From an uncultured delta proteobacterium (GTDB lineage: Bacteria > Desulfobacterota > Binatia > Binatales > Binataceae): 64,000 nt of DNA. This document shows positions 53,892 through 62,387 of this stretch, in pieces. The stretch is from contig CAVVMA010000018.1 of assembly GCA_963749215.1 (NCBI GenBank), positions 238,922-302,921 of the forward strand, written 5' to 3'. Each line of letters starts with the position of its first letter. Position 1 is the first letter of the stretch. A model generated the notes under the pieces. That model did no database searches and had not been told where the DNA came from. It saw only the letters and a program-made list of their open reading frames with translations. The position numbers and the translations under genes are program-made.

Positions 53892-54605
53892 TCATTCCTG
53901 CGGCACCAGCTCCACGCGCCGGTTCTGCGCGCGTCCCTCGTCGGTATCGTTGGTGGCCACGAAGTTGGTCTTGCCGAATCCTTTCGCGATCAACCGGCTG
54001 GCCGGGATGCCCTTGCCTTCCAGGTAGCTGGCGACCGCGGCTGCGCGGCGTTCCGAGAGCTTCTGGTTGTACTCGTCGCTCCCGATCCAGTCGCAGTATC
54101 CGTTGACATCGATCGTCACGTTAGCATGCGACTTGAGGGTCTCGGCGGCTTCGTCGAGTACGGGCTCGTCCTCGGGACGGATGACCGACTTGTTGAAGTC
54201 GAAGTGGACACCTCTAAGCACCAGCTTTTCCCTGGCCGGTGGTGGAGGCGGCGGTGGCGGCGGCGGTGGCGGCGGAGCCTGTGCGACTTCCGGCGCCGGC
54301 GGCGGTGGCGGTTTTATCGGATCGCAGATGAAATGGCCCGTCACAGCTCCGAGAATCGCGCCGATAGCGGCACCCGAGCCTCCGAAGATAGCCTTGCCGT
54401 TATTGCTCTCGCCTTTTCCGTGCGTGTTGTCGGCGATCACGATGCCCGAGGCGGCGCCGGCAGCGGCGCCCGCCACCGCTCCCAGCCCTGCGCACTGACC
54501 CCATTCCCTCGGTTGCCCCATCTGCGAGCAGCCCGCGACCATCGCCAGACAGTAGATCAGGCCGGCGAACGCTGCTGCTGAAGACAATCCAGTCCTGTGC
54601 CTCAT
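53892..54605 (-). CDS. OmpA-family peptidoglycan-binding lipoprotein with glycine-zipper and poly-proline linker
   Basis: Lipobox LAMVAGC. GAVAGAAAGAASG zipper. P13 run. OmpA-C domain VHFDFNKSVIRPE...NQKLSERRAAAVASYL...GRAQNRRVEL. Confidence 0.9.
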   Translation of the reverse strand: MRHRTGLSSAAAFAGLIYCLAMVAGCSQMGQPREWGQCAGLGAVAGAAAGAASGIVIADNTHGKGESNNGKAIFGGSGAAIGAILGAVTGHFICDPIKPPPPPAPEVAQAPPPPPPPPPPPPPAREKLVLRGVHFDFNKSVIRPEDEPVLDEAAETLKSHANVTIDVNGYCDWIGSDEYNQKLSERRAAAVASYLEGKGIPASRLIAKGFGKTNFVATNDTDEGRAQNRRVELVPQE

Positions 54606-54825
54606 GAAATCCTCCTCCCGCGAAAGTTCCGGACCCGACCCTTAGCGATTCCTCCCCAGACCCCCGGCGCCTCGCTTAAAGCGAGGCGTTCGCACTTTAT
54701 TCCACAAAACCCTGCAATCTTAAAGGGGGGCCAAAAAGCTCTGTTCCCCGGGGAAGGACACAGAAACGCCCGCAGGCCCGTGTCTCCCGGTCTCCCCCGA
54801 CCCTGGAACGCAGCCTAAACCGGTC

Positions 54826-54839
54826 CGAACCAACGTTCA
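54826..54839. promoter_or_regulatory. Candidate LexA/SOS box CGAAC-N4-GTTC (Cheo-box type)
   Basis: CGAACCAACGTTCA lies 34-47 nt upstream of the uvrB ATG, i.e. over the -35 region of the putative promoter. Confidence 0.55.
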
Positions 54840-54857
54840 AGACTTGCGGTTCAATCT

Positions 54858-54866
54858 TGCTAATAT
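54858..54866 (+). promoter_or_regulatory. Extended -10 element TGcTAATAT ending 6 nt before the uvrB ATG
   Basis: An AT-only hexamer preceded by TGn, in a 65% GC genome. No Shine-Dalgarno sequence fits between it and the ATG at 54873. Confidence 0.45.
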
Positions 54867-54872
54867 GCATCC

Positions 54873-57116
54873 ATGCTCTCGCTGGCACGTGGCAAGGAAG
54901 GCACTTTCCGCCTGGTTTCGGGCTACCGTCCTCAGGGCGATCAACCCGCCGCGATCGAGGCGCTCAACCGCAACATCGTGGAAGGCGTCAAGCATCAGGT
55001 GCTGCTCGGGGTCACCGGCTCAGGCAAGACCTTCACGATGGCCAACGTGATCGCGAAGCTGAATCGGCCCGCGCTCGTGATCGCGCCCAACAAAACCCTG
55101 GCCGCGCAGCTATACAACGAATTCAAGAGCCTGTTTCCGGAAAACGCCGTCCGCTACTTCGTTTCGTATTACGACTACTACCAGCCCGAAGCCTACGTTC
55201 CTTCCACCGACACGTATATCGAGAAGGACGCCAGCATCAACGACGAGATCGACAAGCTGCGTCATTCGGCGACCAAGGCCCTGCTCGAGCGCAACGACGT
55301 CCTGATCGTCGCCTCGGTCTCGTGCATCTACGGACTCGGCGAGCCGGAGGTCTACTTCGAGATGCTGGTGTTTGTCGAGGAGGGCCAGACCGTCGAGCGC
55401 GATCGGATGCTGCGCAAGCTTGTGGATATCCATTACATGCGCAACGACTACGACTTCCATCGCGGGACCTTCCGCGTGCGCGGCGACACGGTCGAGGTGT
55501 TCCCGGCCTATGAAGAGAGCCGGGCGGTGCGGATCGAGTTTTTCGGCGATCAGATCGAGGCGCTGTACGAGATCGATCCGCTGCGCGGCAAGGTGATTCG
55601 CAAGCTCCAGAGCGTCGCTATCTATCCGGCCTCGCATTACGTGACGACTTCCGACCGGATGGAAGTCGCGGTCCGCAATATCCGTGCGGAGCTCAAGGAG
55701 CGGCTCGAATTCTTCCGCGCGCACGATCGCCTGCTGGAAGCCCAGCGCCTGGAGCAGCGCACGCTCTACGACCTGGAGCTGCTCGCCGAGATGGGATTCT
55801 GCCCGGGAATCGAGAACTATTCGCGCCATCTGACGGGCCGCGCGCCGGGACAGGCGCCGCCGACCCTGCTGGATTACTTCGCGAGCAACTACCTGGTGTT
55901 CGTCGACGAGAGCCACGTCACGATTCCGCAGCTCGGCGGGATGTACCGCGGCGACCGATCGCGCAAGGAGACCCTGGTCGAGTTCGGCTTCCGGCTTCCC
56001 TCCGCGCTCGACAACCGGCCGCTTAACTTCGAGGAATGGGAGGGGCTGGTCAATCAGGCGATGTACGTCTCGGCGACCCCCGGCGACTACGAGCTCAAGA
56101 AGTCGGACGGGCTGGTGGTGGAACAGCTAATCCGTCCCACCGGACTTATCGATCCCGAGATTGAAGTTCGCAAGGCCGGCACCCAGGTCGACGATTTGCT
56201 GGAGGAAATCCGCAAACGGGCCGAGGCCAGGGAGCGCACGCTGGTAACCTGCCTGACCAAGAAGATGGCCGAAGACCTGACCGACTACTATCACGATCTG
56301 GCCGTGCGGGTGCGCTACCTGCACTCCGATATCGAGACTATCGAGCGCGTCGAGATAATCCGCAGCCTGCGCAAGGGCGAGTTCGACGTGCTGGTGGGGA
56401 TCAACCTGCTCCGCGAGGGGCTGGACTTGCCCGAAGTCTCGCTGGTCGCGATCCTCGACGCCGACAAGGAGGGATACTTGCGCTCGGCCCGCTCGCTTAT
56501 CCAGACCATCGGGCGCGCCGCGCGCAATCTGAACGGCAAGGTAATCATGTACGCCGACGCGATGACCAACTCGATGCGAATCGCGATCGACGAGACCTAT
56601 CGCCGCCGCGCCAAGCAGCTTGCCTACAACGAGGCCAACGGCATCACGCCCACAACGATCGTCAAGGGAATCGACGCCTCGCTGGTCGAGATGTACTCGC
56701 CGGAATGGGCGGTCGTGCCGGAGATCGAAGAGGGCGCCGAAAGGCCGGAGCTAATTCCGCCGCACGAACTTCCCGATCGGATCACGGCGCTGCGGCGCGA
56801 GATGATGGAAGCGGCGGTGAAACTCGAATACGAACGCGCCGCTAAGTTGCGCGATCAGATCAAGCGGCTGGAGCGGATGGCGTTCGGACTCGATAAGCCG
56901 AAGCCGGCTGCCCCGGCAAAGCCGCCGGGCAGCGCCCATTCGAGCGCCAGCGAGCAGGCGGAAGGCCGCCACAGAGGCCACAAGGTGGTCGGAATCGGCA
57001 GCGAGAATCCAAGCCGGACCCGCGGCCGTCGCGGAGCAGGCGCAGCCACCGGCGCGGCCGCAGGCGCCTCGCGCAAGCAAGGCCGCCTGAAGCTGGTGCC
57101 CGATCGGCCGGAGTAG
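54873..57116 (+). CDS. uvrB: Excinuclease ABC subunit B, with ~85-aa basic low-complexity C-terminal extension
   Basis: [15 protein letters not shown]...[14 protein letters not shown]...[14 protein letters not shown]...DESHVT...UVR domain [36 protein letters not shown]. Confidence 0.95.
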   Translation: MLSLARGKEGTFRLVSGYRPQGDQPAAIEALNRNIVEGVKHQVLLGVTGSGKTFTMANVIAKLNRPALVIAPNKTLAAQLYNEFKSLFPENAVRYFVSYYDYYQPEAYVPSTDTYIEKDASINDEIDKLRHSATKALLERNDVLIVASVSCIYGLGEPEVYFEMLVFVEEGQTVERDRMLRKLVDIHYMRNDYDFHRGTFRVRGDTVEVFPAYEESRAVRIEFFGDQIEALYEIDPLRGKVIRKLQSVAIYPASHYVTTSDRMEVAVRNIRAELKERLEFFRAHDRLLEAQRLEQRTLYDLELLAEMGFCPGIENYSRHLTGRAPGQAPPTLLDYFASNYLVFVDESHVTIPQLGGMYRGDRSRKETLVEFGFRLPSALDNRPLNFEEWEGLVNQAMYVSATPGDYELKKSDGLVVEQLIRPTGLIDPEIEVRKAGTQVDDLLEEIRKRAEARERTLVTCLTKKMAEDLTDYYHDLAVRVRYLHSDIETIERVEIIRSLRKGEFDVLVGINLLREGLDLPEVSLVAILDADKEGYLRSARSLIQTIGRAARNLNGKVIMYADAMTNSMRIAIDETYRRRAKQLAYNEANGITPTTIVKGIDASLVEMYSPEWAVVPEIEEGAERPELIPPHELPDRITALRREMMEAAVKLEYERAAKLRDQIKRLERMAFGLDKPKPAAPAKPPGSAHSSASEQAEGRHRGHKVVGIGSENPSRTRGRRGAGAATGAAAGASRKQGRLKLVPDRPE

Positions 57117-57168
57117 AGGCGGGCCGTTCTCTCGAGGCGTAGAGCGTGTGACCTTTGGTGCTTGCGAC

Positions 57169-57340
57169 GCCCTCACCCGCGCGTCACGGCGTTTGCAGGA
57201 AAAGAGCAAACGCCGCTCCGCTCGCCCTCTCCCGGAGGGAGAGGGATTAACAGTGGCAAGCGCGCAATATGGTCGCAGCAGCGACTTCTGTTCCCTCTCC
57301 CTCCGGGAGAGGGCGAGCCGCGAAGCGGCGCGGGTGAGGG
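57169..57340. repeat. Structured intergenic repeat, full composite copy
   Basis: CCCTCACCC...CCCTCTCCCGGAGGGAGAGGG...CCCTCTCCCTCCGGGAGAGGG...GGGTGAGGG: outer arms complementary, two inner hairpins. Confidence 0.85.
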
Positions 57341-57425
57341 CGCGCTATCTATCAGCGAAAACAAAAGCCACGAGCCCGAGCGCCATTGTTCGGGAGCGAG
57401 GGATCCAAGCGGCGGAGAACCACAG

Positions 57426-58169
57426 TTGCGAATTATTTCTCTCGAACGCGTCCTGATCGCGGTCACCGACTTCGACCAATCCTGTGACAACTGGCGCAAG
57501 GCGGGTTTCTCGCTCGACGGCGCCGCAAACAGGACCGGAGGAATCCGCAGCGCGCGCTTTGAGTCGGGCGCGGTGACCGTCGAGCTCTGCGCCTCGCAGG
57601 GCGAGCTCGACCGGGCGAATCCGATGGCGGTTCAGATGGCGGCGGTGGCCGCGCGCGGCGGCGGCATCTTCGGATGGCTCTGGGGCGTGGCCGATTCGGA
57701 CGCCGAGATATTCGCAGAGCGCTCGCGGGCTCACGAGCTACTCGACGGGGTGTTCACCGGCGCGATTCCGAAGTCGCCCAAAGCCGGCCCGCGCACAACC
57801 CCACCCAATGCCAACACCGTCGCCTACCTGGAGCATCTGGTCGTGATGGTCCCGCAACTCGACGAGGCGATCGTCGCGTTCGAGCGCGTCGGAGTTCCCT
57901 GCAAGCGCATTCGCGAGGCCGGGCGCGGGATGCGCCAGGCGTTCTTCAAGCTGGAGGAAAGCGTGTTCGAGGTGGTTGGACCGTCGGGGTCGGAACCGCG
58001 ATGCTGGGGGCTCGCGTTCATGTGCGACGACGCATCCGCGGCGGTCGCAGTAGCGCGCCGCAACGGGTTGCAGGCAACCGAGCCGAAGCCCGCGATCCAG
58101 GGCGGGCGCATCGCGCGAATCGTCGAGCCGCTCGACGCCGTCGCGGTCGCCTTCATGGACAAGCGATGA
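57426..58169 (+). CDS. Two-module VOC/glyoxalase-like protein
   Basis: LERVLIAVTDFDQSCDNWRKAGF and LEHLVVMVPQLDEAIVAFERVGV...FFKLEESVFEVVGP. A TTG start at 57426 with GGAG 10 nt upstream is assumed. The upstream part of ORF 57162 is repeat-derived. Confidence 0.55.
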   Translation: MRIISLERVLIAVTDFDQSCDNWRKAGFSLDGAANRTGGIRSARFESGAVTVELCASQGELDRANPMAVQMAAVAARGGGIFGWLWGVADSDAEIFAERSRAHELLDGVFTGAIPKSPKAGPRTTPPNANTVAYLEHLVVMVPQLDEAIVAFERVGVPCKRIREAGRGMRQAFFKLEESVFEVVGPSGSEPRCWGLAFMCDDASAAVAVARRNGLQATEPKPAIQGGRIARIVEPLDAVAVAFMDKR

Positions 58170-58250
58170 AGGGTGGGGGCCGATTGAGCCGGATGGGCTA
58201 TGCCTTTTGCGGCCTCGGAGCGCAGAATGAATAGAGGGCGGTACCAGAAG

Positions 58251-58559
58251 ATGAGCAGATATTGGCTTTCATTCGAGTTAGGTCTGCGCGGAAACTACGA
58301 AGCTCTTTACGAGTGGCTTGACGGTCTGACCGCGAGGGAGTGCGGCGACAGTGTCGCCACCTTCGAGTGCAATAAGAGCCCGGACCAAATCAAGAAAGAA
58401 CTGTCGCCGCTTCTCGGTCCGGCAGCAAGAGTGTACCTCGTCGGGCGGACGAACAAGGGCGGCTATGTAGGACGATTCGTGCTGGGTAAACGCAAACGCG
58501 CGCCTTGGGAGGGGTATGGTGCCGCAGCCGCCGGTCTTGACGACGAGGAAGAGGGATGA
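58251..58559 (+). CDS. Hypothetical 102-aa protein with acidic tail, translationally coupled to the PIN gene (candidate antitoxin)
   Basis: MSRYWLSFELGLRGNYEALYEWLDGLTARECGDSVATF...APWEGYGAAAAGLDDEEEG. ATGA overlap with the next gene. I recognise no RHH, AbrB, Phd or HTH pattern. Confidence 0.5.
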   Translation: MSRYWLSFELGLRGNYEALYEWLDGLTARECGDSVATFECNKSPDQIKKELSPLLGPAARVYLVGRTNKGGYVGRFVLGKRKRAPWEGYGAAAAGLDDEEEG

Positions 58560-59023
58560 GACGCGTATGCGCAGACGCATGCTTCCTAATTGCCTTATAT
58601 CACGAGCGCGACGGCTTCCACGCGATCGCGCGGCAGTGGTTTGCGGACCTTTTCGAGAATACCCTGAACCGGCTGATCGTTCCCTGGCCTGCGCTGTACG
58701 AGACCGTCTCGACCAGGATGGTGCGATCTCCGCGACGTGTCGAGCGCATGTATACCGAGTGGAGAAATCTAAGGGCCAATCAGCGGCTGGACCTGCTGGA
58801 CGATGGACCTTTCAGGGACGGCGCGATCGACGGGTGCTTCGCGGAGCCCGCGAAAGGGGCGCGTCGCTATCGCGCTCTCAGCCTGAGCGATCGAGTGATC
58901 CGGGAGATGCTGGCTGACACCGGGACGCGGATCGACGTGTTCCTGACTTTCAACGCGAGCGACTTTATCGACGTATGCCAGAAGTTTCGGCGCGAAATGC
59001 TTCCAGCGACCAGCCGAGCATAG
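58556..59023 (+). CDS. PIN-domain protein (VapC-like ribonuclease)
   Basis: N-terminal CADACFLIALYHERDGFH (Asp 1), YETVS (Glu), SLSDRVI (Asp), FNASDF (Asp/Asn): the spacing of PIN acidic residues. Confidence 0.65.
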   Translation: MRRVCADACFLIALYHERDGFHAIARQWFADLFENTLNRLIVPWPALYETVSTRMVRSPRRVERMYTEWRNLRANQRLDLLDDGPFRDGAIDGCFAEPAKGARRYRALSLSDRVIREMLADTGTRIDVFLTFNASDFIDVCQKFRREMLPATSRA

Positions 59024-59074
59024 CCCTGCTGCCTTATCTTGCGTTGGACCATCCGCCGCTCGACGCTGACGAGG

Positions 59075-60019
59075 TCAGGAGGCGGCGGTCGTTCCGAGCG
59101 CGGTCTGGAGCGCGGCGGTTATCTGCTCGACGCCGCGCTTGCCGGTCTCCGTGACGTTCGAGAACAACGCGAAGTCATGGATCGCGCCGTCGTAGCGTGT
59201 GCAGGTCACCGGCACGCCGGCCTGGCGCAGGCGCACGCCGTAGGCTTCGCCCTCGTCTCTGAGCGGATCGAACTCGGCGGTGACGATCAGGGCCGGAGGC
59301 AGTCCGCGCGGGTCGCTCGCCCGAAGCGGTGAGGCGTGAGGATTCGACCGGTCCGCGTCACTCGATAGGTATTGCTGCCAGAACCAGATCATGTCGGCGC
59401 GCGTCAGAAAATAACCGTCGGCGTTGGTCCGGTAGGACGCAGTATCCATCGCGGCGTCGATGACCGGGCAGATGAGCACTTGAAGGACCAGCCTGGGGCC
59501 GCCGCGATCGCGCGCCATCAGGGCGGCCACTGCGGTGAGATTGCCGCCGGCGCTGTCGCCGCCGATCGCGATTCGCCCGGCGTCGAGGCCAATGGCCGAC
59601 GCATTTTCGGCGACCCATCGGGTCGCCGCGTAGGCGTCTTCGGCGGCGGCGGGAAACTTGTTTTCGGGCGCCAGCCGGTAGTCAACCGACACCGTCATGC
59701 ATCGCACGCGGTTGGTCAGGATACGGCAGAAGTCGTCGTGGCTTTCGAATCCGCCGAGCACCCAACCGCCGCCGTGAAAGTAGACCAGACCGGGAAACGG
59801 TCCGGCGCCTTCGGGCGCGTAAATCCGTACCGGAATCTCATCGGCCGGTCCGGGTATTCGACGGTCTTCGGTCCTGCCGACCGGCTCGGGGTTTCTGGCC
59901 GCGAGCGACATCATCTCGAATCGGCGGCGGGCCTGCGCGGCGGTTTCGTCTCGCAGCGGCGTTATCCCGGCGGCGGCCATCTGTTCGACCATCATCTTGA
60001 ATTGCGGATCGAGCGGCAT
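59075..60019 (-). CDS. Alpha/beta-hydrolase esterase/lipase, hormone-sensitive-lipase family
   Basis: VYFHGGGWVLG oxyanion motif, GDSAGGNL nucleophile elbow, DPLRDEG, and the His region in the tail. Confidence 0.9.
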   Translation of the reverse strand: MPLDPQFKMMVEQMAAAGITPLRDETAAQARRRFEMMSLAARNPEPVGRTEDRRIPGPADEIPVRIYAPEGAGPFPGLVYFHGGGWVLGGFESHDDFCRILTNRVRCMTVSVDYRLAPENKFPAAAEDAYAATRWVAENASAIGLDAGRIAIGGDSAGGNLTAVAALMARDRGGPRLVLQVLICPVIDAAMDTASYRTNADGYFLTRADMIWFWQQYLSSDADRSNPHASPLRASDPRGLPPALIVTAEFDPLRDEGEAYGVRLRQAGVPVTCTRYDGAIHDFALFSNVTETGKRGVEQITAALQTALGTTAAS

Positions 60020-60058
60020 AAACCCCTCCGGCTCCCGGCGGGAACCATCGCCCGATGA

Positions 60059-60067
60059 TGATATAAT
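60059..60067 (+). promoter_or_regulatory. Extended -10 element TGaTATAAT ending 8 nt before the uvrC ATG
   Basis: Perfect TATAAT with upstream TGn. Only TCGGCCGG separates it from the ATG at 60076. Confidence 0.45.
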
Positions 60068-60075
60068 TCGGCCGG

Positions 60076-62058
60076 ATGGCAAAGCGCTCCTTCGACACGC
60101 TGGTGGAGTATCCGCAGCTCACGGACGCTCCGGCGCCTCCTGCCGAGGCGGCCGCGGCCGACGACGAAATCTGCCGCAAGCTCGATACGGTCGCGCCCAA
60201 GCCCGGCGTATACCTGCTCAAAGATCGCGCCGGCAAGGTGCTCTACGTCGGCAAGGCCAAGTCGCTGCGATCGCGCGTGCGGGCGTACTTCCGCCCCGGC
60301 GACGAGGGTGACGGGCGTTTTCAGGTCCGTTTCCTGATGCGGAAAGTGTGCGATTTCGACACGCTGGTCACCACCAGCGAAAAGGAAGCGCTGATTCTCG
60401 AAAACAACCTGATCAAGCAGTACCATCCCCGCTACAACATCCGTCTCAAAGACGACAAATCCTACCTGAGCGCCAAGATCACCAACCATCCCTGGCCGCG
60501 CATCACCGTGACGCGCAAGATCGTCAAGGACGGCGGGACCTATTTGGGTCCGTTCGGCTCGGCGGACGGGCTGCGCGAGACGATCGACGTAATCCGCAAG
60601 ATCTTTCCGCTGCGCACCTGCTCGGACGCCGTGTTCCGCAACCGCGCCCGGCCCTGTATCGAGTATCAGATCAAGCGTTGTCTGGGACCGTGCTGCCTGC
60701 CGGTCGATCGCGGCGAGTACGAGCGCCATCTGCGCGCCGCCCGGATGCTGTTGGAGGGGAAGAACCTCGAGCTGCTCAGAGAGCTTCGCGAGCAGATGAA
60801 ATCGCACGCCGACCGGCTCGAATTCGAGGATGCCGCCCGGATGCGCGATCGGGTGCGCGCGCTGGAGAAGACCGTCGAGCGCCAGACCGTGCTGCACCAT
60901 TGGGGAATCGACCAGGATGTGTTCGGGCTCTACCGCGAGGGCGGCTCGATCGAAACCATCGTGCTGCTGGTGCGGGGCGGCAAACTGACGACCACTCAAG
61001 GCTGGAGCTTTCGGGACCTCGAGTTCGCCGACCAGGACGTGCTGGCCGACCTGCTGACGCAGTTCTATTCCGGCGGCCGGTTTTTGCCCGACGAAGTCAT
61101 CTTGCCGGTCGAGCTGGAGGACACCGAAGTGCGCGCCGAGCTGCTCTCCGAGCGGCGCGGCAAGAAGGTCGAAATCTTTGTTCCGCAGCGCGGCGAGAAG
61201 CGGAGCCTGCTGGAACTCGCGATGGAAAACGCGCGGCAGAGCTTCGCGGCGCGCCGCGACAACGAGAAAATCCGCGAACGGATGCTCGAAGACCTCCGCA
61301 CCAAGCTTCATCTGCGCAACACTCCCAAACGCATCGAATGCTACGACATCTCGAATCTGCAGGGCTCGATGGTGGTCGGGTCGCGGGTGACGTTCGACGA
61401 GGGCGAGCCGCAGAAGAACCTTTATCGCCGCTATCGAATCCGCAGCTTCCAGGGCCAGGACGACTTCGCGAGCCTCTATGAGGTGTTGAAGCGCCGCCTC
61501 GAGCGCGCGGTGCGGGAGAACGAACACCCGGATCTGTGGGTGATCGACGGCGGCAAAGGCCAGCTCAACGTTGCGCTGACGGTGCTGAAGGAGTTCAACC
61601 TGGCCGATCAGATTGACGCGATCGGACTTGCCAAGCAGCACGTGCTCAACGACGGCCGCCAATCCGCGGTCGTGAAGTCCGACGAGCGGGTCTTCCTTCC
61701 CAATCGGAAGGATCCGGTCGTGCTGCCGCGCAACTCGACGGCGCTGTTCCTGCTGGTGCGCATCCGCGACGAGGCCCATCGCTTCGCGATCACCTACAAC
61801 CGCGAGCTGCGCCGCCGCGCGCGGCTGCGCTCGGTACTCGACGACGTGGAGGGAATCGGTCCGGTGCGGCGGCGTGCGCTGCTGCGCCATTTCGGGAGCC
61901 TAAGGCGCATCCGCGATGCGAGCGTGGAAGAGCTGGGGGCGGTCAAGGGGATGAACCCGGAGCTGGCGGCCGAAGTCCGCCGCCATCTGGACGCGCTCGG
62001 CGCGCTGCTCGATCCGGAGGAGGAGTCCGCAGCCGTCGAGACCGCGCCGGCGAGCTGA
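60076..62058 (+). CDS. uvrC: Excinuclease ABC subunit C
   Basis: GIY-YIG PGVYLLKDRAGKVLYVGKAKSLRSRV...YHPRYN. UVR domain LEFEDAARMRDRVRAL. Endonuclease V-like and C-terminal HhH2 VEGIGPVRRRALLRHFGS. Confidence 0.95.
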   Translation: MAKRSFDTLVEYPQLTDAPAPPAEAAAADDEICRKLDTVAPKPGVYLLKDRAGKVLYVGKAKSLRSRVRAYFRPGDEGDGRFQVRFLMRKVCDFDTLVTTSEKEALILENNLIKQYHPRYNIRLKDDKSYLSAKITNHPWPRITVTRKIVKDGGTYLGPFGSADGLRETIDVIRKIFPLRTCSDAVFRNRARPCIEYQIKRCLGPCCLPVDRGEYERHLRAARMLLEGKNLELLRELREQMKSHADRLEFEDAARMRDRVRALEKTVERQTVLHHWGIDQDVFGLYREGGSIETIVLLVRGGKLTTTQGWSFRDLEFADQDVLADLLTQFYSGGRFLPDEVILPVELEDTEVRAELLSERRGKKVEIFVPQRGEKRSLLELAMENARQSFAARRDNEKIRERMLEDLRTKLHLRNTPKRIECYDISNLQGSMVVGSRVTFDEGEPQKNLYRRYRIRSFQGQDDFASLYEVLKRRLERAVRENEHPDLWVIDGGKGQLNVALTVLKEFNLADQIDAIGLAKQHVLNDGRQSAVVKSDERVFLPNRKDPVVLPRNSTALFLLVRIRDEAHRFAITYNRELRRRARLRSVLDDVEGIGPVRRRALLRHFGSLRRIRDASVEELGAVKGMNPELAAEVRRHLDALGALLDPEEESAAVETAPAS

Positions 62059-62387
62059 GTCCGCCCGGCCAGAAAGCGGACTTGACTCATCTGTAGAGTT
62101 CTACTACTTTTTGTTTTGTCGCCAGCGCGAGCCGGGCGGATGGCAAACACCGCCGCGCCACGCGGTCGGAACCCTCCAGCTGTCCGCCCGGCAAATTCTC
62201 TTCCAGACCGCGCGCTTTTCCCGAAGCTCAAAACCTGCCGGCCGGCGTTCGCCTCGCTTAAACCAGCGTTTGCCTCGCGGCACGGAGGCGGTATCTTTAA
62301 GTCGATACATCCGATACCGGCGGCGGCGCTGGTCCACTCGCGCGCCGGCAAACGCAGGCGATCGTCAACATCCGGAGTAGCGAAGCC

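Noticed and set aside
1446-57340. The recurring CCCTCTCCC...GGGAGAGGG units as a CRISPR array.
   Set aside because: Copies are dispersed over 56 kb, not arrayed. They are palindromic composites of variable length without regular unique spacers, and no cas genes are present.
62059-62387. Possible regulatory RNA or repeat in the 330-nt uvrC-acnA spacer. Features noted: a GTCCGC...GCGGAC hairpin right after the uvrC stop, GCGTT(C/T)GCCTCGC repeated twice, and similarity of CGCCTCGCTTAAA to 54668-54680.
   Set aside because: The hairpin lacks a U-tract. The shared 13-mer occurs only twice and the matches are short. I could not derive a convincing structure or motif, so it is left as unexplained spacer.
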